NCBI GenBank assembly: GCA_963816395.1
Contig: CAWFKQ010000006.1
Coordinates: 526-64,525 of the forward strand
Length of the DNA stretch: 64,000 nt
Direction: 5' to 3'
Source of the DNA: an uncultured delta proteobacterium
Lineage (GTDB): Bacteria > Desulfobacterota > Desulfuromonadia > Desulfuromonadales > JACZKF01
Of the stretch, positions 9,913 through 22,900 are shown piece by piece (positions within the stretch are counted from its first letter, which is position 1; each line of letters opens with the position of its first letter). The position numbers and the translations under genes are program-made. The notes under the pieces are model-generated. The model was not told the origin of the DNA, ran no database searches, and saw only the letters and a list, made by a program, of their open reading frames with translations.

Positions 9913-11080
9913 ATGGCGGGTCAGATGCAGCATGAGATAAAAGCGGACGTGGGTGAAGCAGTCTTCTCCGGAAGGCAGCCCCGCACCCCATTTCACCATG
10001 CGGTGGCCACTCTGTCACCGGCTTATTTCGCGCTGGTGATGGCGACCGGGATTCTGGCTGTTGCCTGCCGATTGCAGGAGATTCCCCTCCTGCCGGAGGT
10101 ATTGCTGCCGATCAACGTGGCCGCCTATGTCGTCCTGTGGGTGCTCACGATTCTGCGCGTCCTGTATTACCCCCAACGATTCATCGACGATTTCTGCAGC
10201 CACCAGCGCGGCGCCGGCTTCTTTACCACAGTTGCCGCAACCTCGGTGCTGGGCACCGAACTGGTGATACAGATGAAGATGGTTGCGACGGCTTATGCGC
10301 TGTGGTGGCTCGCCTTCGGGTTGTGGCTGGTGCTGATTTATGCGGTATTCACCACTTTTACGGTGCGCCGGGAGAAGCCTGCTTTCGAAGACGGCATTAA
10401 TGGCGGCTGGCTGACGGCGGTGGTGGCAACCCAGTCTCTGGTGGTGCTCGGCTGCAGCGTCCTGCCGTCGGTATGGGCTGGTGCCGAGGCCGCCATGCTG
10501 GTCCTGGTGCTGCTCTGGCTGGCCGGAGGGATGCTCTATATCTGGATGATATCGCTGATCTTCTATCGATATACCTTCTTCCGTTTCCATCCGCAGGATC
10601 TGAGCCCTCCGTACTGGATCAACATGGGTGCCATGGCGATTTCCACCCTCGCCGGGACTCTGCTGGTCAGGATCGCGGATTCTTCCCCGCTGCTGAAGTC
10701 GCTGCTGCCGTTTCTCAAAGGTTTTACCCTCTTCTTCTGTGCGACCGCGACCTGGTGGATTCCGATGCTGGTCATCCTCGGCGTATGGCGCTACGTCTAT
10801 CATAAAATACCGCTGGCGTATGATCCCCTCTATTGGGGTGCGGTTTTCCCGCTGGCAATGTACGCGACTGCCACCTATCGGCTGATGGACGGTTTTCAAG
10901 CTCCCCTTTCTGCTCATTGTCCCGCGGTTGTTTGTCGGCTTGGCAATCACCGCCTGGTTATTCACTTTCCTTGGACTCATGCTGACGTTTAAATCCGGGC
11001 TGAAGTGGGTGGTCAAGGACAGAATGCCGCAACCATCGATGCAGCCGGCTAAACTCAAACTAGACGGAGGTCCATCATGA
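9913..11080 (+). CDS. TDT/SLAC1-family anion channel (TehA-like); probable frameshift near 10895-10912
   Basis: Ten-TM protein (SPAYFALVMATGILAVA..., GAGFFTTVAATSVLG, PPYWINMGAMAIST). The in-frame ORF stops at 10992 with an implausible tail. The +1 frame continues as a clean TM helix (FLLIVPRLFVGLAITAWLFTFLGLMLTF...) to a TGA at 11078-11080. Confidence 0.75.
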
Positions 11081-11219
11081 TGCAACAGCCACTTTCCGAA
11101 GTACATTTAAAGACCGCTTCCGCCATCCCGAACGGCCAACGGGAGCGAGTGACCCGGCGCGCCGAAGGGGGGGCAAGCCGCTGCTCAGCGGATCGCTACT
11201 CAGCGGCTGTGTCATCGCG

Positions 11220-11429
11220 ATGATCGGCATGGTCGCCTATTGTTATGCCGCCCTGGGCGGCGGCCCGAAGGCCGACATGTTCGCATCCCTGTTCCAGAAT
11301 GGAGCCATCGGCTGGTTCGCCTTGTTTTTTCTGATCATGGGCGTAGGGATGTGGTTCGTCGGGAATTTCGCTCTGCTGAACGAAGCCGACCGTACGAAGA
11401 ACGAGCGCGGAAAGCCGGAAGCGCGGTAA
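11220..11429 (+). CDS. small hypothetical membrane protein (2 TM); 5' end uncertain
   Basis: 69-aa ORF with two hydrophobic helices. The frame stays hydrophobic upstream (KPLLSGSLLSGCVIA). A G7 run at 11167-11173 could link it to an ATG at 11078. Confidence 0.3.
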   Translation: MIGMVAYCYAALGGGPKADMFASLFQNGAIGWFALFFLIMGVGMWFVGNFALLNEADRTKNERGKPEAR

Positions 11430-11592
11430 ACCGGCGCGTCACAAAAGCGGCCTGGGGAGTGGGGTGGGCTGCAGCAAGCGGGCGTGACTCAAGACGTGCG
11501 GGAATGTCGCGTCGGGCGCGATTGGCCTGGCAGGAAAATGAAACTGAGTGTAGTCGAAGGAGTTTCGAGAGAGATGAGAAGGATTAAGCCAC

Positions 11593-12501
11593 ATGAGTGA
11601 TTCATCCAGTTCTTCAGCAATAATGGCAGACAACAACCCTCTGGCCGGGAGGCCGCTTCCGGGAACTTCAAGCGACTTCATGGTCCTGGATGCGGTATCG
11701 CCGGCGCAGATGGGGCGGGAACTCGTCGAGGATGCGGCTAAAAAAGACAAATTCTCCTCTCCTCTCATCTTGACCCGGGGTTTTCTCTGCACCCCTTTTC
11801 TGGCCTATGCCGCGGCCCTTTCCGCCCTGCTGGTCACACAGGGATGGCCAACCGCGGCGGCCGGGCTGGTATTTCCCGTCGGCTACATCATGCTGGCGAC
11901 CCTCGGTCTGGAGATGGCGACGGGCAGTTTTTCCGTCATGCCCATCGGCATGTACGCGGGCCGCGTCAAGCCTTGGCGGGTCGCCCGCAACTGGGGGTGG
12001 ACCCTGCTGGGGAACCTGTTGGGGGGGATCTTTTTTGCCTGGCTGCTGTGGTTCTCCCTCACCAAAGGAGGCGCTTCGGCTCCCTCCGGAGTCCTTGTCA
12101 CGCTTGCCCATCTCGCCGAACATAAGGTTGCTTACCGTGAGTACGGGTACATGGGATGGCTGGCGGCGGTTGGCATGGGCGTCCTCTGCAACTGGCTGGT
12201 CAGCCTCGCCCCGATTATGGCCAAGGCTTCCCGCAGCGTGCCCGGGAAGGTGATGCTGATCTGGCTGCCGCTGTCGACCTTCTTCGCCCTCGGCTTCGAG
12301 CATACGGTGGTGAACATGTTTGTCTTCCCGGTCGGGATTCTTGCCGGAGCGAATGTCAGCCTCGGTGACTGGTGGATCTGGAATCAGATCCCCGTGACCA
12401 TCGGCAATATCATCGGCGGCATGGTCTTCAACGCTACCCTGTGGTACTACACCCAGCGCACCAATAAGACCGAAGTCGAGAATCCGGCCGTGTCTCACTG
12501 A
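11593..12501 (+). CDS. formate/nitrite transporter (FNT) family channel with a ~55-aa Ser-rich N-terminal extension
   Basis: FNT signatures GLEMATGSF, LLGNLLGG, ALGFEHTVVNMF and GNIIGGMVF. RBS GAAGGA upstream of the ATG. Confidence 0.88.
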   Translation: MSDSSSSSAIMADNNPLAGRPLPGTSSDFMVLDAVSPAQMGRELVEDAAKKDKFSSPLILTRGFLCTPFLAYAAALSALLVTQGWPTAAAGLVFPVGYIMLATLGLEMATGSFSVMPIGMYAGRVKPWRVARNWGWTLLGNLLGGIFFAWLLWFSLTKGGASAPSGVLVTLAHLAEHKVAYREYGYMGWLAAVGMGVLCNWLVSLAPIMAKASRSVPGKVMLIWLPLSTFFALGFEHTVVNMFVFPVGILAGANVSLGDWWIWNQIPVTIGNIIGGMVFNATLWYYTQRTNKTEVENPAVSH

Positions 12502-12532
12502 TTCCCGGCAAAAAGGGGCCAGAAGAGTATCC

Positions 12533-12568
12533 AGGCCGAATGCGGTGTCGCCGCATTCGGCCTTTTTC
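12533..12568 (+). terminator. rho-independent terminator after the FNT gene
   Basis: AGGCCGAATGCGG / CCGCATTCGGCCT 13-bp stem followed by TTTTT. Confidence 0.7.
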
Positions 12569-12583
12569 TGTTCAATCCCGCTC

Positions 12584-12790
12584 TTAACTCCCCTCGCTTT
12601 CCTCGAGCAAGGCCAGAATCCGCGGCGTGCAGCGCCGCCCCTGGCAGTTGCCGCTGCCCGCCCCGGTAGCGAGCCGCAGCCCGGCCAGCGTCCGAGTTCC
12701 TGAATCGATATGTTTTCTGAAGATCTTCTTCGGAATTCCCTTGCAAAGACAGATCGTTTTCAGCCCGTCGATAATTTCTTCTTCTCTCAT
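12584..12790 (-). CDS. BFD-like [2Fe-2S]-binding domain protein
   Basis: 68 aa: MREEEIIDGLKTICLCKGIPKKIF...GAGSGNCQGRRC, with the C-x-C...C-x4-C pattern of Bfd/NifU-type domains. RBS GGGAGA. The track ORF 12584..13072 is over-extended at the 5' end. Confidence 0.7.
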   Translation of the reverse strand: MREEEIIDGLKTICLCKGIPKKIFRKHIDSGTRTLAGLRLATGAGSGNCQGRRCTPRILALLEESEGS

Positions 12791-12959
12791 AATCTCCCTG
12801 CAACTGGGGAATAGCTTCTTGTTCCGCATTCTACCCCGAAGCGCATCCCGGCGGCGAGGCCATGCTATATTTTCAAGGCCAGGCAGGAGGTAGTGAATCT
12901 GCAATCCGGAGTCGGAAGTCCTTCGTCCTGATGACCTCGGAGGGAAAGGATCCCCGCGC

Positions 12960-13562
12960 GTGGATAATATCCTGCAATGGGTCGCGGAATATGGGTACGG
13001 CGGGATCATCCTGCTGCTGATGTTCGGGATAATCGGGCTGCCGGTACCGGACGAATGGTTGCTGATGTTCACCGGCTACCTGGTCCATCGGGGCACTTTA
13101 TCACTTGTGCCGGCGGTCGCCTCCGCCTTTATCGGCAGCGCCTGCGGCATCACGGTAAGCTACACCCTGGGACGTACCCTCGGGGTCATCGTCATCCGCA
13201 AGTACGGCTGGCTGATTCATCTCGACCAGGAAAAGCTGGACAGGGTGCGTGGATGGTATGACCGTGCCGGCAAATGGGCGCTGCTTTTCGGCTATTTCGT
13301 GCCCGGTTTCCGGCACCTGACGGCTTTTGTGGCGGGCACGTCCTGCCTCAGATATCCGGTTTTCGGTCTGTTCGCCTATGCCGGCGCCCTGCTGTGGGTG
13401 ACCTGCTTCATCTCTCTGGGATTCATTTTCGGCGAAGAGTGGAAAACGCTGGCCGAAGAGATAAGCCACAACCACTGGGTGATTTCCGGGGCGGTCGCAT
13501 TGGCGGTGCTGGTGATTTTTTCCCTCTGGCGGTGGTATTCGAGAAGGGCAGCGAAAAGATGA
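12960..13562 (+). CDS. DedA-family membrane protein
   Basis: YGYGGIILLLMFGIIGLPVPDE...GKWALLFGYFVPGFRHLTAFVAGTS is typical of the DedA/SNARE-associated family. GTG start. Confidence 0.88.
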   Translation: MDNILQWVAEYGYGGIILLLMFGIIGLPVPDEWLLMFTGYLVHRGTLSLVPAVASAFIGSACGITVSYTLGRTLGVIVIRKYGWLIHLDQEKLDRVRGWYDRAGKWALLFGYFVPGFRHLTAFVAGTSCLRYPVFGLFAYAGALLWVTCFISLGFIFGEEWKTLAEEISHNHWVISGAVALAVLVIFSLWRWYSRRAAKR

Positions 13563-13610
13563 ATCCGTCTCTGCCTGCCGATTTTGGCCGTTCGGCCGGA
13601 ATCAGGGAGC

Positions 13611-13794
13611 GTCCGTCAGTGTTCAAGGTCCGAAGTGCCCAGGGGACAGCGCCGGGCGCGCAGGGGAATGACCATGGCGCAGTAGGGGCAGTCCCGGGTG
13701 GTCGGGGCGGCTTCGACGGCCGGCGCCTCCTGGCGCCGCTTCGGCCGGTTGACCCCCTTGATCAGGAAGAAACCGCCAGGGAGATGATGAGAAG
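13611..13794 (-). pseudogene. truncated, degenerate copy of the mscL 3' end (left direct repeat)
   Basis: It aligns by hand to 24397-24581 with about ten substitutions and one 1-nt indel. It encodes [51 protein letters not shown], against [14 protein letters not shown]...[10 protein letters not shown] in the intact gene. No channel domain lies upstream. Confidence 0.85.
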
Positions 13795-13964
13795 CCACCG
13801 TTAAAGACAGGTCCAACGTGCGAGAGACTCCTATCTATTAAGTTTGTAACAGCGTAATATTAAGTCTTGACCTCCTTCCGGAATGCTTTTTTCTTTGGCA
13901 CCCCCCTGGTTTTCCGGTCAGCTCCATCCACCTCTGTTAAAGTCCCGGAGCAGTTCGTTCCTTT

Positions 13965-16900
13965 TTGAGCCCTTTTCGTTTCGTGAAATTCTTCACCAGG
14001 GCCGAACACCAGACTGCATTGAGCAAAGGACAGATAGTGGGCATTGGCATTCTCATTGGTTACTTCGCAAAACAAGATGAAGCCCGGATAGCTCTCCGGA
14101 AGCTGGCGAAAAAAGGCTTCCGTCGCGCCGCCCTGGTGCATAAGGATGCGGACGGGGAGATTCGAATGGCAGACCCTTTCCGCCGCCGTGCCATCGGGGC
14201 AACCCTGGCGGCCTCTCTCTTCGGGGGGATCGGCGCAGTGGCCGCTCTGCTCCGGTACGGGTCGCAGTCACTTCCTGTCTGGAACATTTCCACGTCCCTG
14301 ATGTTGATCCTGGGATGTGCCACAAGCGGCGCCCTGGTAGCTCCGCTATGGCTGCGACGCTCCAGACGGGCCGTCGAGCCGGGGGTCCTGGACGATCATG
14401 CCCGCTGGCTCGTCTCCGGGGAGTCTGTCCTCATTCTCCAGGTCCCGGTCGAATCTTTAGAGCTTCCGATGGCTCTGCTGCGGGAAAGTGGCGAAATCCC
14501 TCCGGCTCTGTTCGTCATGCATCCCAAGCACGAGCGACGGCTGAAGGCGCGGGGCATCGCGGTCAAACTCTCCCCGGCCCAGATTCTGGACCACGCCCAG
14601 CGCCATGCCGGGGAGCAGCAGGTGGACCCACGGCCGCAGCACACGAGCGAACTGCTCAAGCGTCTGAAGCAGTCCCGTCAACGACTCCGTCAGGTCTGCG
14701 CGGATCTCACCGCAGCGAGCCGCCTGGAACAGAAAGCGACGCCGGCCGCCGATTGGATCCTGGATAACGAGTACATCCTGGAGGGGAACGCCCGCGATGT
14801 CCTGCTGAACCTGCCCCGGAGCTTTTACCAACAACTGCCCACCCTGTCCGCTGATCCCTGCCGGGGGCTGCCGTGCATCTACGCTCTGGCCAAAGATCTG
14901 GTCTCCCACAATGAACTGCGCCTCGACCGGGAGAACATCCTGGCGTTTATCGAGGCCCACCAATCGGTGCGCACGCTGACGATCGGCGAACTCTGGGCCA
15001 TGCCCCAGATGCTGCGCATCGCCCTGATCGAAAGCATTCAGAGCCTGGCCGTCACCGCCCTGGCGGACCTGCGCGAACGTCAGTTGGCCAACTTCTGGGC
15101 CAATCGGCTGATCGCCGCCAACCGCCGCGATGCCAACCAGCTCTTCGCGACCCTCGCCGAACTGGCGAAAGCGGAGCCGCGTCCCAGCCCTTCTTTCGGT
15201 GCGCAACTGGTCGGCCTCCTCTACGACGAGGCGGCGGCGCTGGCGCCGATCAAGAGCTGGCTTGAGCGCGCGCTCCAAACCCCTCTGCACGACCTCAGCC
15301 TGGGTGAGCAGAACCGGCAGACCAGGGAGCAGTTGTCCTGCGGCAATGCCTTCACCAGCCTGCGCCAGCTGGCCCTTCTGGACTGGCGGGAGATCTTCGA
15401 GAAGCTCAGCCGGGTGGAGCAGATGCTGCGCCGCGACCCGTCCGGGGTCTATGCCGGGATGGATTTCGCATCCCGTGACCGCTGTCGCCGGGCGATTGAG
15501 GAACTCGCTCGCGCTGCCGCCCAGACCGAGGAACAGGTCGCGGAGTGTGTCCTGGAACTGGCGACGCAGGCGGGGCGTGAAGCCCCAAGCGACGATCAGC
15601 GCAGGCACGTCGGTACCTGGCTGACCGGGGAGGGACGGGCTGCGCTGGCCCGGCGGCTCCCCTGCCGTGAAGCACGTCGTTATCGCACGCTGGAATGGCT
15701 CTACCGCCATCACGCCGCCATCTACGCTTGGTCCATCGGCGGCCTCTCCGCTTTGTTTTTTTGCCTCGTCGGATCGCTCGGATTGGACCTATTGGCCGGA
15801 TCAACAGGATTGCTCGGACTGGGGCTGCTCCTGCTGATTCCCCTCAGCCAGCTGGCGATCGAGGTGGTCAATTATCTGGTCACGCGCCTGCTGCCCCCCC
15901 GGCCCTTGCCCAAAATGGATTTCGAGGAGGCGGGGATTCCCGATGCCTTCCGGACCCTGGTGGTCGTGCCGATGCTGCTGGTGAATGCGGAGACGGTTCG
16001 CGCCGAAGTGGAGAAGCTGGAGATCCGCTACCTGGCCAACAAGGAAGCCAATCTGCTTTTCAGCCTGTTCACCGACTACCTCGATTGCGCCACACTGCGC
16101 CGCGAAGACGACAGCCGGCTGCTCGAGATCGCCCGCGCATCCCTGGCAGAGCTCAATGAGCGCTATGGCGGCGAACGTTTTTTCCTCTTCCATCGGGAGC
16201 GCTCCTGGAGTGAATCTGAGCAGAAATTCATCGGCTGGGAGCGTAAACGGGGCAAGCTGGAGGAACTGAACTGCCTTATCGATGGTACGCGCCCCGAGAC
16301 CGCCGGCCGCCTGGTTTACGTGGGGGACCCGGAGCGGCTGGCGGACGTGCGCTTCGTTATCACCCTGGACAGCGACACCCAGTTGCCGCACGGGACGGCC
16401 CGACGGATGGTCGAGACCCTGGCGCACCCACTCAATCAGCCGCGTTTTGACGCCGTCGGCAACATCCTTGCCGGTTCCTACACCATCATCCAGCCTCGGG
16501 TGAGCCCGACCCTGACGAGCACAAATGCCTCGGCCTTCAGCCGGCTCTTCGCCGATGCGGTAGGCATCGACCCGTACAGCCAGGCGGTTTCCGATGTCTA
16601 CCAGGACCTCAGCGGTGAAGGGTCGTACCAGGGCAAGGGGATCTATGATGTCCGCGCCTTCAACCGCGTCCTCTCGGGACGCTTCCCTGAGGCGTGGGTG
16701 CTGAGCCACGATCTGATCGAAGGGGCGCATGTCCGGGTGGGGCTGGCCAGCGATATTGTGCTTTACGATCAATTCCCGCAAGGATATCAAAGTTACAGCA
16801 GCCGGGCTCATCGCTGGATTCGCGGTGACTGGCAAATCGCAGGGTGGATTTTCCCCCGCGTTCCGCAAGCTGCTGGCGGTCGGGGACCGAACCCGCTCTC

Positions 16901-19900
16901 TCTGCTCAACCGCTGGAAGATCCTCGACAACCTGCGGCGCAGTCTGTTGCCCGCCGCCAGCCTCCTTCTGCTGCTGGCCTCCTGGCTCATTTCCCCGAAA
17001 GTCGGCTGGATCGCGACGCTGGTGGTGGGGATGCAGCTCCTCTTTCACCCTCTGGCGCAGCCCTTCACCATGGCGACCACCCGCAAGGGGTTGAAGTATT
17101 TCTCCCTGGCGAAGCTGTGGCACGATCTATTGCGGGCGATGGCCGACGCCACACTGTTGCCGCACCAGGCCGCGGTGAGCCTGGATGCCATCGCCCGGGT
17201 CGGCTACCGCCGCATGATCTCCCGGCGCGATCTTTTGGAGTGGACGGCCCAGGCAACCCATTGGAGATCCTCCCGCCGGCAACCGCTCTTCGTTGCCAGC
17301 CTGGCCCTGGGTAGCCTCTTCAGCGCCACTGCCGGCGTGGCGATCTGGCGCCTCATGCCGGCCAGCCTGCCACAGGCAGCCCCCTGGCTCATCCTGTGGT
17401 CTCTCTCCCCGCTCCTCGGTTGGCTTCTGAACCTGCGTCCCGTCGAGGAGCAGCGGGCACAACCGCTGCCGGAAACTGACCGCCGCTTTCTCAGGGAGGT
17501 CGCCCGGCGGACCTGGCACTATTTCTCGTCCTTTGTCAACGACAGAACCTCCTGGCTGCCGCCCGACAACTACCAGGTTGCCCATCAAAACCGCCTGGCC
17601 ATGCGCACTAGTCCGACCAACATCGGCCTTTGGCTGAACAGCGCACTTGGTGCCCATGACTCCGGCTACCTGACCCTGGATCAGGTCATCGAAAAACTGA
17701 CCAGCACCATGGCAACCATCGGCCGTCTGGAGCTCTATAAAGGACATCTCCTCAACTGGTACGATATCCGGACCCTGGTTCCTTTGGCGCCTCGTTACGT
17801 TTCCATGGTCGACAGCGGCAACCTGCTCGGTGCTTTGTGGACAGTGGAGCGGGGGCTTGAGGAGCTGAAGCACGCCCCTCTGATGGAGGGTAAGGCCTTT
17901 GCCGGCCTGGCGGACACTGGGGACATCCTGCAACAGGTCGCCGCCTTCAAAGGAAGTACCGGCCTGGCCCGCCAGGCGCTCGACCAACTCCTGGTCGAGT
18001 GGAAGGCTCCGCCGTCCGGAACCGTCGCCCACCTCCGCCTGCAACGGCAGATGCAGGTTCCTGTCAGCACTGTTGCCGCTGCGGCAGGAGCAGCTCCGTG
18101 GGGCGTCGAGCTTGAACGACAGGTTGCGGCCTGGGTTCACAACAGCGACCGCTATCTCATCTGGATCGAAATTCTCGCGGAAAAAACCGAGGAGGAGCTG
18201 ACCCCGTTGGGACCGGCGGCCCTGCTCGCCATTCGTCAGGACCTGGCGCAGGCGCCATCCCTCTTCGCTCTTGCGCATGGCCGGATCGTTTCGATCCCGA
18301 TTCTTCGAACGATCCGCGAGGAGTCGCTCCCGGCCGGCGACCCCCTCGGGCCGTGGCTCGACCGGGTGATCGAGGCCTTTGCCACGGCCCAGTGGCTGGC
18401 CGGGGAAACCCTGGGAATGGTCGAGCGTTTGATCGTCAATGTCCGCGAGCTGGCGGCCGGGATGGACATGCGCTTTCTCTATGACCCCAAGCGCAAGCTC
18501 TTCGCCATCGGCTATAACGTCTCCACGGATCGTCTGGACGCTTCCAGTTACGATCTCCTGGCCAGCGAGGCACGGCTCGGCAGTTTCGTCGCCATTGCCC
18601 GGGGCGATGTCCCCTTGGAACACTGGTTCTCCCTGGGTCGCCCCTACGGTGCGATCGGCCGGCAGCGGGTGTTGCTCAGCTGGACCGGAACCATGTTCGA
18701 ATATCTGATGCCGCTCCTGTTTCAGTCTTCCTGCGGCAACTCGCTCCTGGACAAGGCGGCCCGGGAAGCGGTGAGGATCCAGATCGCTTACGGCCGCATC
18801 CAGCGTGTGCCCTGGGGTGTTTCCGAGTCTGGTTTTGCCGATCTTGACCTGGAAAAGACTTATCAGTACAAGGCTTTCGGTGTGCCGGCGCTCGGCTTGA
18901 AGCGCGGTCTGGAGGAACAGCTGGTCGTCGCTCCCTATGCCACCCTGCTGGCATTGAATGTAGCGCCGCGGGCGACGGTGCAGAACCTGAAACGACTATC
19001 CGGGTTAGGGCTGCTCAGTGATTATGGTTATTACGAGGCGATGGATTTCAGCCGGCAACCGAAGCCTAAGGGGCGGCGCGGGGTGATCGTCGAGGCGTAT
19101 ATGGCCCACCACCAGGGGATGGCGTTCCTGGCCTTGACCAACTTTCTCCATGGTAACCCGTTCCCTCGCCGTTTTCACAGCGACTCACGGGTGCGGGCCT
19201 TTGAGGCCCTGCTGCAGGAACGCATACCGACCCTGCCGCCGTTGCGCCTGATCTCGATGCGGCAGAGTGAGCCGGCACTGCCGGACGTTGATCTGGTCGC
19301 GCCGGCAGGCAGCACCTTTACCACGCCCCATACCCTCACGCCCAAGAGTCTGCTGCTCAGCAACGGCCGTTATGGGTTGATGGTCACCAACAGCGGTGGC
19401 GGCTACAGCCAGTGGGGGGAGCAGGAGCTGACCCGCTGGCGGTCGGACCAAACCCGTGATGCGCAGGGGACCTTCTGCTATATCCATGAGGCCGAACCGG
19501 ATCGTCTCTGGTCAACCACCTATCACCCGGTCGGCGGCAAGGTTGAAGGGTATTCCGTGGATTTTGCCCTCGACCGGGCCGTCTTCCGCCGCGCCGACCA
19601 CGGCATCCACACCGAAACAGAAGTCATCGTCTCGCCGGAAGACGATGTGGAGGTACGCCGGATCACCCTGATCAATCGCTCCGCCCGCGCCCGACGCCTT
19701 CATCTCACCAGTTACGTTGAACTCTCTATGGCGCTGCACAAAGCCGACCGCCAGCACCCGGCCTTCAATAAATTGTTCATCCAGACCGAAGCGCTCCCCG
19801 AGCAGCAGGTGCTCCTCGCCTGCCGGCGACTGCGCAGCGAAAGCGAACGGCCGCTGTATGTGGCCCATTGCCTGGCCCTCGAGCACGCCGGGGAGGACTC

Positions 19901-22900
19901 CGTCTCTGAAGAGGGTTGGCAGTTTGAAACCGACCGCGGGCGATTCATCGGCCGCGGTCGGACCCTGGCCAATCCCATGGGAGCCGGGCAGGAGCTCGGC
20001 AACAGCCAGGGTTTTGTCCTCGATCCGATGCTCGGCCTGCGGCGCAGCCTCACGCTGATGCCGGGGGGGCGCGCCCGGCTTTCCCTGGTGCTCGCCGCCG
20101 GGGCGACCCGCGAGGAGGTTTTGGTGCTGATGGATAAGTACGGCCAACCCCATGCGACCGAGCGGGCCATGGATTTCGCCTGGCGCGCGGCCCAGCAGCA
20201 GCTGCAGGTGCTGCACATCCAGCCCGACGAAGCACGCCGCTTCCAGCAGCTGGCCAGCTATCTCCTCTTTCCCAACCCCCTCTTGCGCCCACCCGCCGAA
20301 CGCCTCGCGGAGAATCGAAAGGGGCAAGCCGGATTGTGGCCCTACGCTATTTCGGGCGACCTGCCGCTGGCCCTGGTGACCATTGGTGAGGCGCGGGATA
20401 TCAGCCTGGTTCGCCAGCTGCTCCAGGCTCACACCTATTGGCGGATGCATGGATTGTCGACCGACCTGGTGATCCTCAACGAGGAGACCGGGAGCTATGA
20501 GCGGCCGCTCCAGGAACGACTGGAACAGCTGATCCGGACCCATGCGCTCTCGGCAGCGGCGGATCGGGCAGGCACCATCTTCCTGAAGAACGCGGCGCAG
20601 ATCCCGGAGGACGATCTGAAACTCCTCAAAGCCGCCGCCAGCGTCGTGCTGGTGGCGGCACGTGGCACGCTCACCCAGCAATTGGGGGTGCCGGCGGTGG
20701 CTCCCGAACGGCAGGAAATTCTGGTCCGCAAAACCACCCCCCGCGAGCCCTCGGCCCCGCTCCCCTTCATGCAGCTGAACTACTTCAACAGCCTCGGCGG
20801 CTTCACCCCGGACGGGCGTGAATACGCCATCTATCTTGGTCCCGACACCAACACCCCGGCCCCCTGGGTGAACGTCATCGCCAACCCGACTTTTGGCACC
20901 CTGATCAGCGAAACGGGGTCTGGCTTCACCTGGTACGGCAACAGCCAGCGCAATCGTCTTACCGGCTGGTCGAACGACCCGGTGCTGGACCCGGCCTCCG
21001 AGGCGGTCTACCTTCGCGATGAGGAGAGCGGCGCTTTCTGGTCGCCGACCGCGGCGCCGATTCGTGAAAAGACCGCTTATCGGACCCGGCACGGGGCGGG
21101 TTACTCGGTATTCGAGCACAACAGCCACGGTATCGAGCAGGAGCTGACCGTCTTCGTCCCCGTGGAGGAGAGCGGGGGTGAACCGATCAAACTGCAGCGC
21201 CTGCGGCTCACCAATGCCTCCGCGCGAAGGCGACGGCTCTCGGTCACCTATTATGTGGAATTGACCCTCGGCGAGCACCGCGAAAGCTCCCAGATGCATG
21301 TCGTGACCAACTGGGATGAGGTCGCCCGGGCACTGCTGGCGCAAAACCGCTACCACCCCGAGTACGGCGAGCGGGTTGCCTTCGTGGCCCTGACGCCCGA
21401 GGCCGACTCGTACGGCGGCGACCGCACCGCCTTCATCGGCCGCAACCGCTCCCTTGCCGACCCGGCCGCCATGGAGCTGACCCGGCTGTCACAACGGACC
21501 GGGGCCGGGCTCGACCCCTGCGCGGCCCTCCGGGTGACCCTGGAGCTGGCGCCGGGGGAGCGCCGCGATCTCATCTGCATGCTGGGGCAGGCCGAGTCGG
21601 CGGCACAGGCCCGGCAATTGGTGCAGAGCTACCGGGAGGATCGGGCATTTGAGGACGCATTTGATCAGACCAGGGCCTGGTGGGATGCGCTCCTGGGGAC
21701 GATTGAAGTGCACACCCCCGAACTGGCCGCCGACCTGCTGATCAACCGCTGGCTGCAGTACCAGTCGTTGAGCTGCCGCATCTGGGGGCGCTCGGCATTT
21801 TACCAGTCCGGCGGCGCCTTCGGTTTTCGCGATCAGTTGCAGGACGTCCTGGCCTTCCTCTACGCCCGGCCGGAACTGGCCCGCGACCAGATCCTGCTGG
21901 CTGCCAGCCGGCAATTCACGGAGGGGGACGTCCAGCATTGGTGGCATCCGCCGAGTGGCGCCGGGATCCGCTCGCGGATTTCCGACGATCTGCTCTGGCT
22001 TCCTTACGTGGTCGCGCACTACGTGCGGACGACCGGCGACAGCGCCATTCTGCTGGCGGAGGTCCCCTTTCTCAACGCCCCGCCGCTGGCCGCCGATCAG
22101 CACGAGGTCTTCTCCACACCCGGAGGTCTCTGCTGAACGCGCCACGCTCTTCGAACACTGCCGGCGCGCCGTTAGCCGCGGACTGACCAGCGGACCCCAT
22201 GGCCTGCCATTGATGGGGACCGGGGACTGGAACGACGGCATGAATCTGGTCGGCGCCGGGGGGCAGGGGGAGAGCGTCTGGCTCGCCTGGTTCCTCTGCG
22301 AGCTATTGCAGGGGATGGCTGAACTCTCTAACCACTTGCAACAAACGGAGCTGAGCCAGGCCTATCAAGCGGAGAGAACGGCCCTGACCCAACGGACCGA
22401 ACAGGCCGGCTGGGATGGCGAGTGGTATCTGCGGGGGACCTTCGACGATGGCACTCCCCTGGGGGCCGCGGCCAACCGGGAGGCGCGGATCGACTCTCTC
22501 CCCCAGTCGTGGGCCTGGCTTTCCGGCGCCGCCGACCCGGCGCGCGCGCAGCAGGCCCTGGAGTCGGCCTGGCAGCATCTCGTTCGCCCTGAGGAAGGTC
22601 TGGCGCTGCTCTTCGAACCCCCATTCGACCAAGCGGAACCCTCGCCCGGCTACATCAGGGGGTACCCCCCCGGGGTGCGGGAGAACGGCGGCCAGTACAC
22701 CCATGCTGCCCTCTGGATGGCCATGGCCATGGCCCGAAAAGGGGAGGGGGAGCGGGCGGTGCAGCTGCTGCGCCTGCTCAACCCGATCGAGCATGCCCGC
22801 GATGCGAAGGCGGTCTGGCACTACGGGGTTGAGCCTTATGTGGTCGCCGCCGACGTCTACCGGTTGCCCGGCCGGATCGGCCAGGGCGGCTGGTCCTGGT

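Noticed and set aside
13616-13816. 66-aa ORF as an independent small zinc-ribbon protein gene.
   Set aside because: It is a truncated copy of the mscL tail. It lacks an RBS and a sensible N-terminus, and one of the four Cys is mutated.
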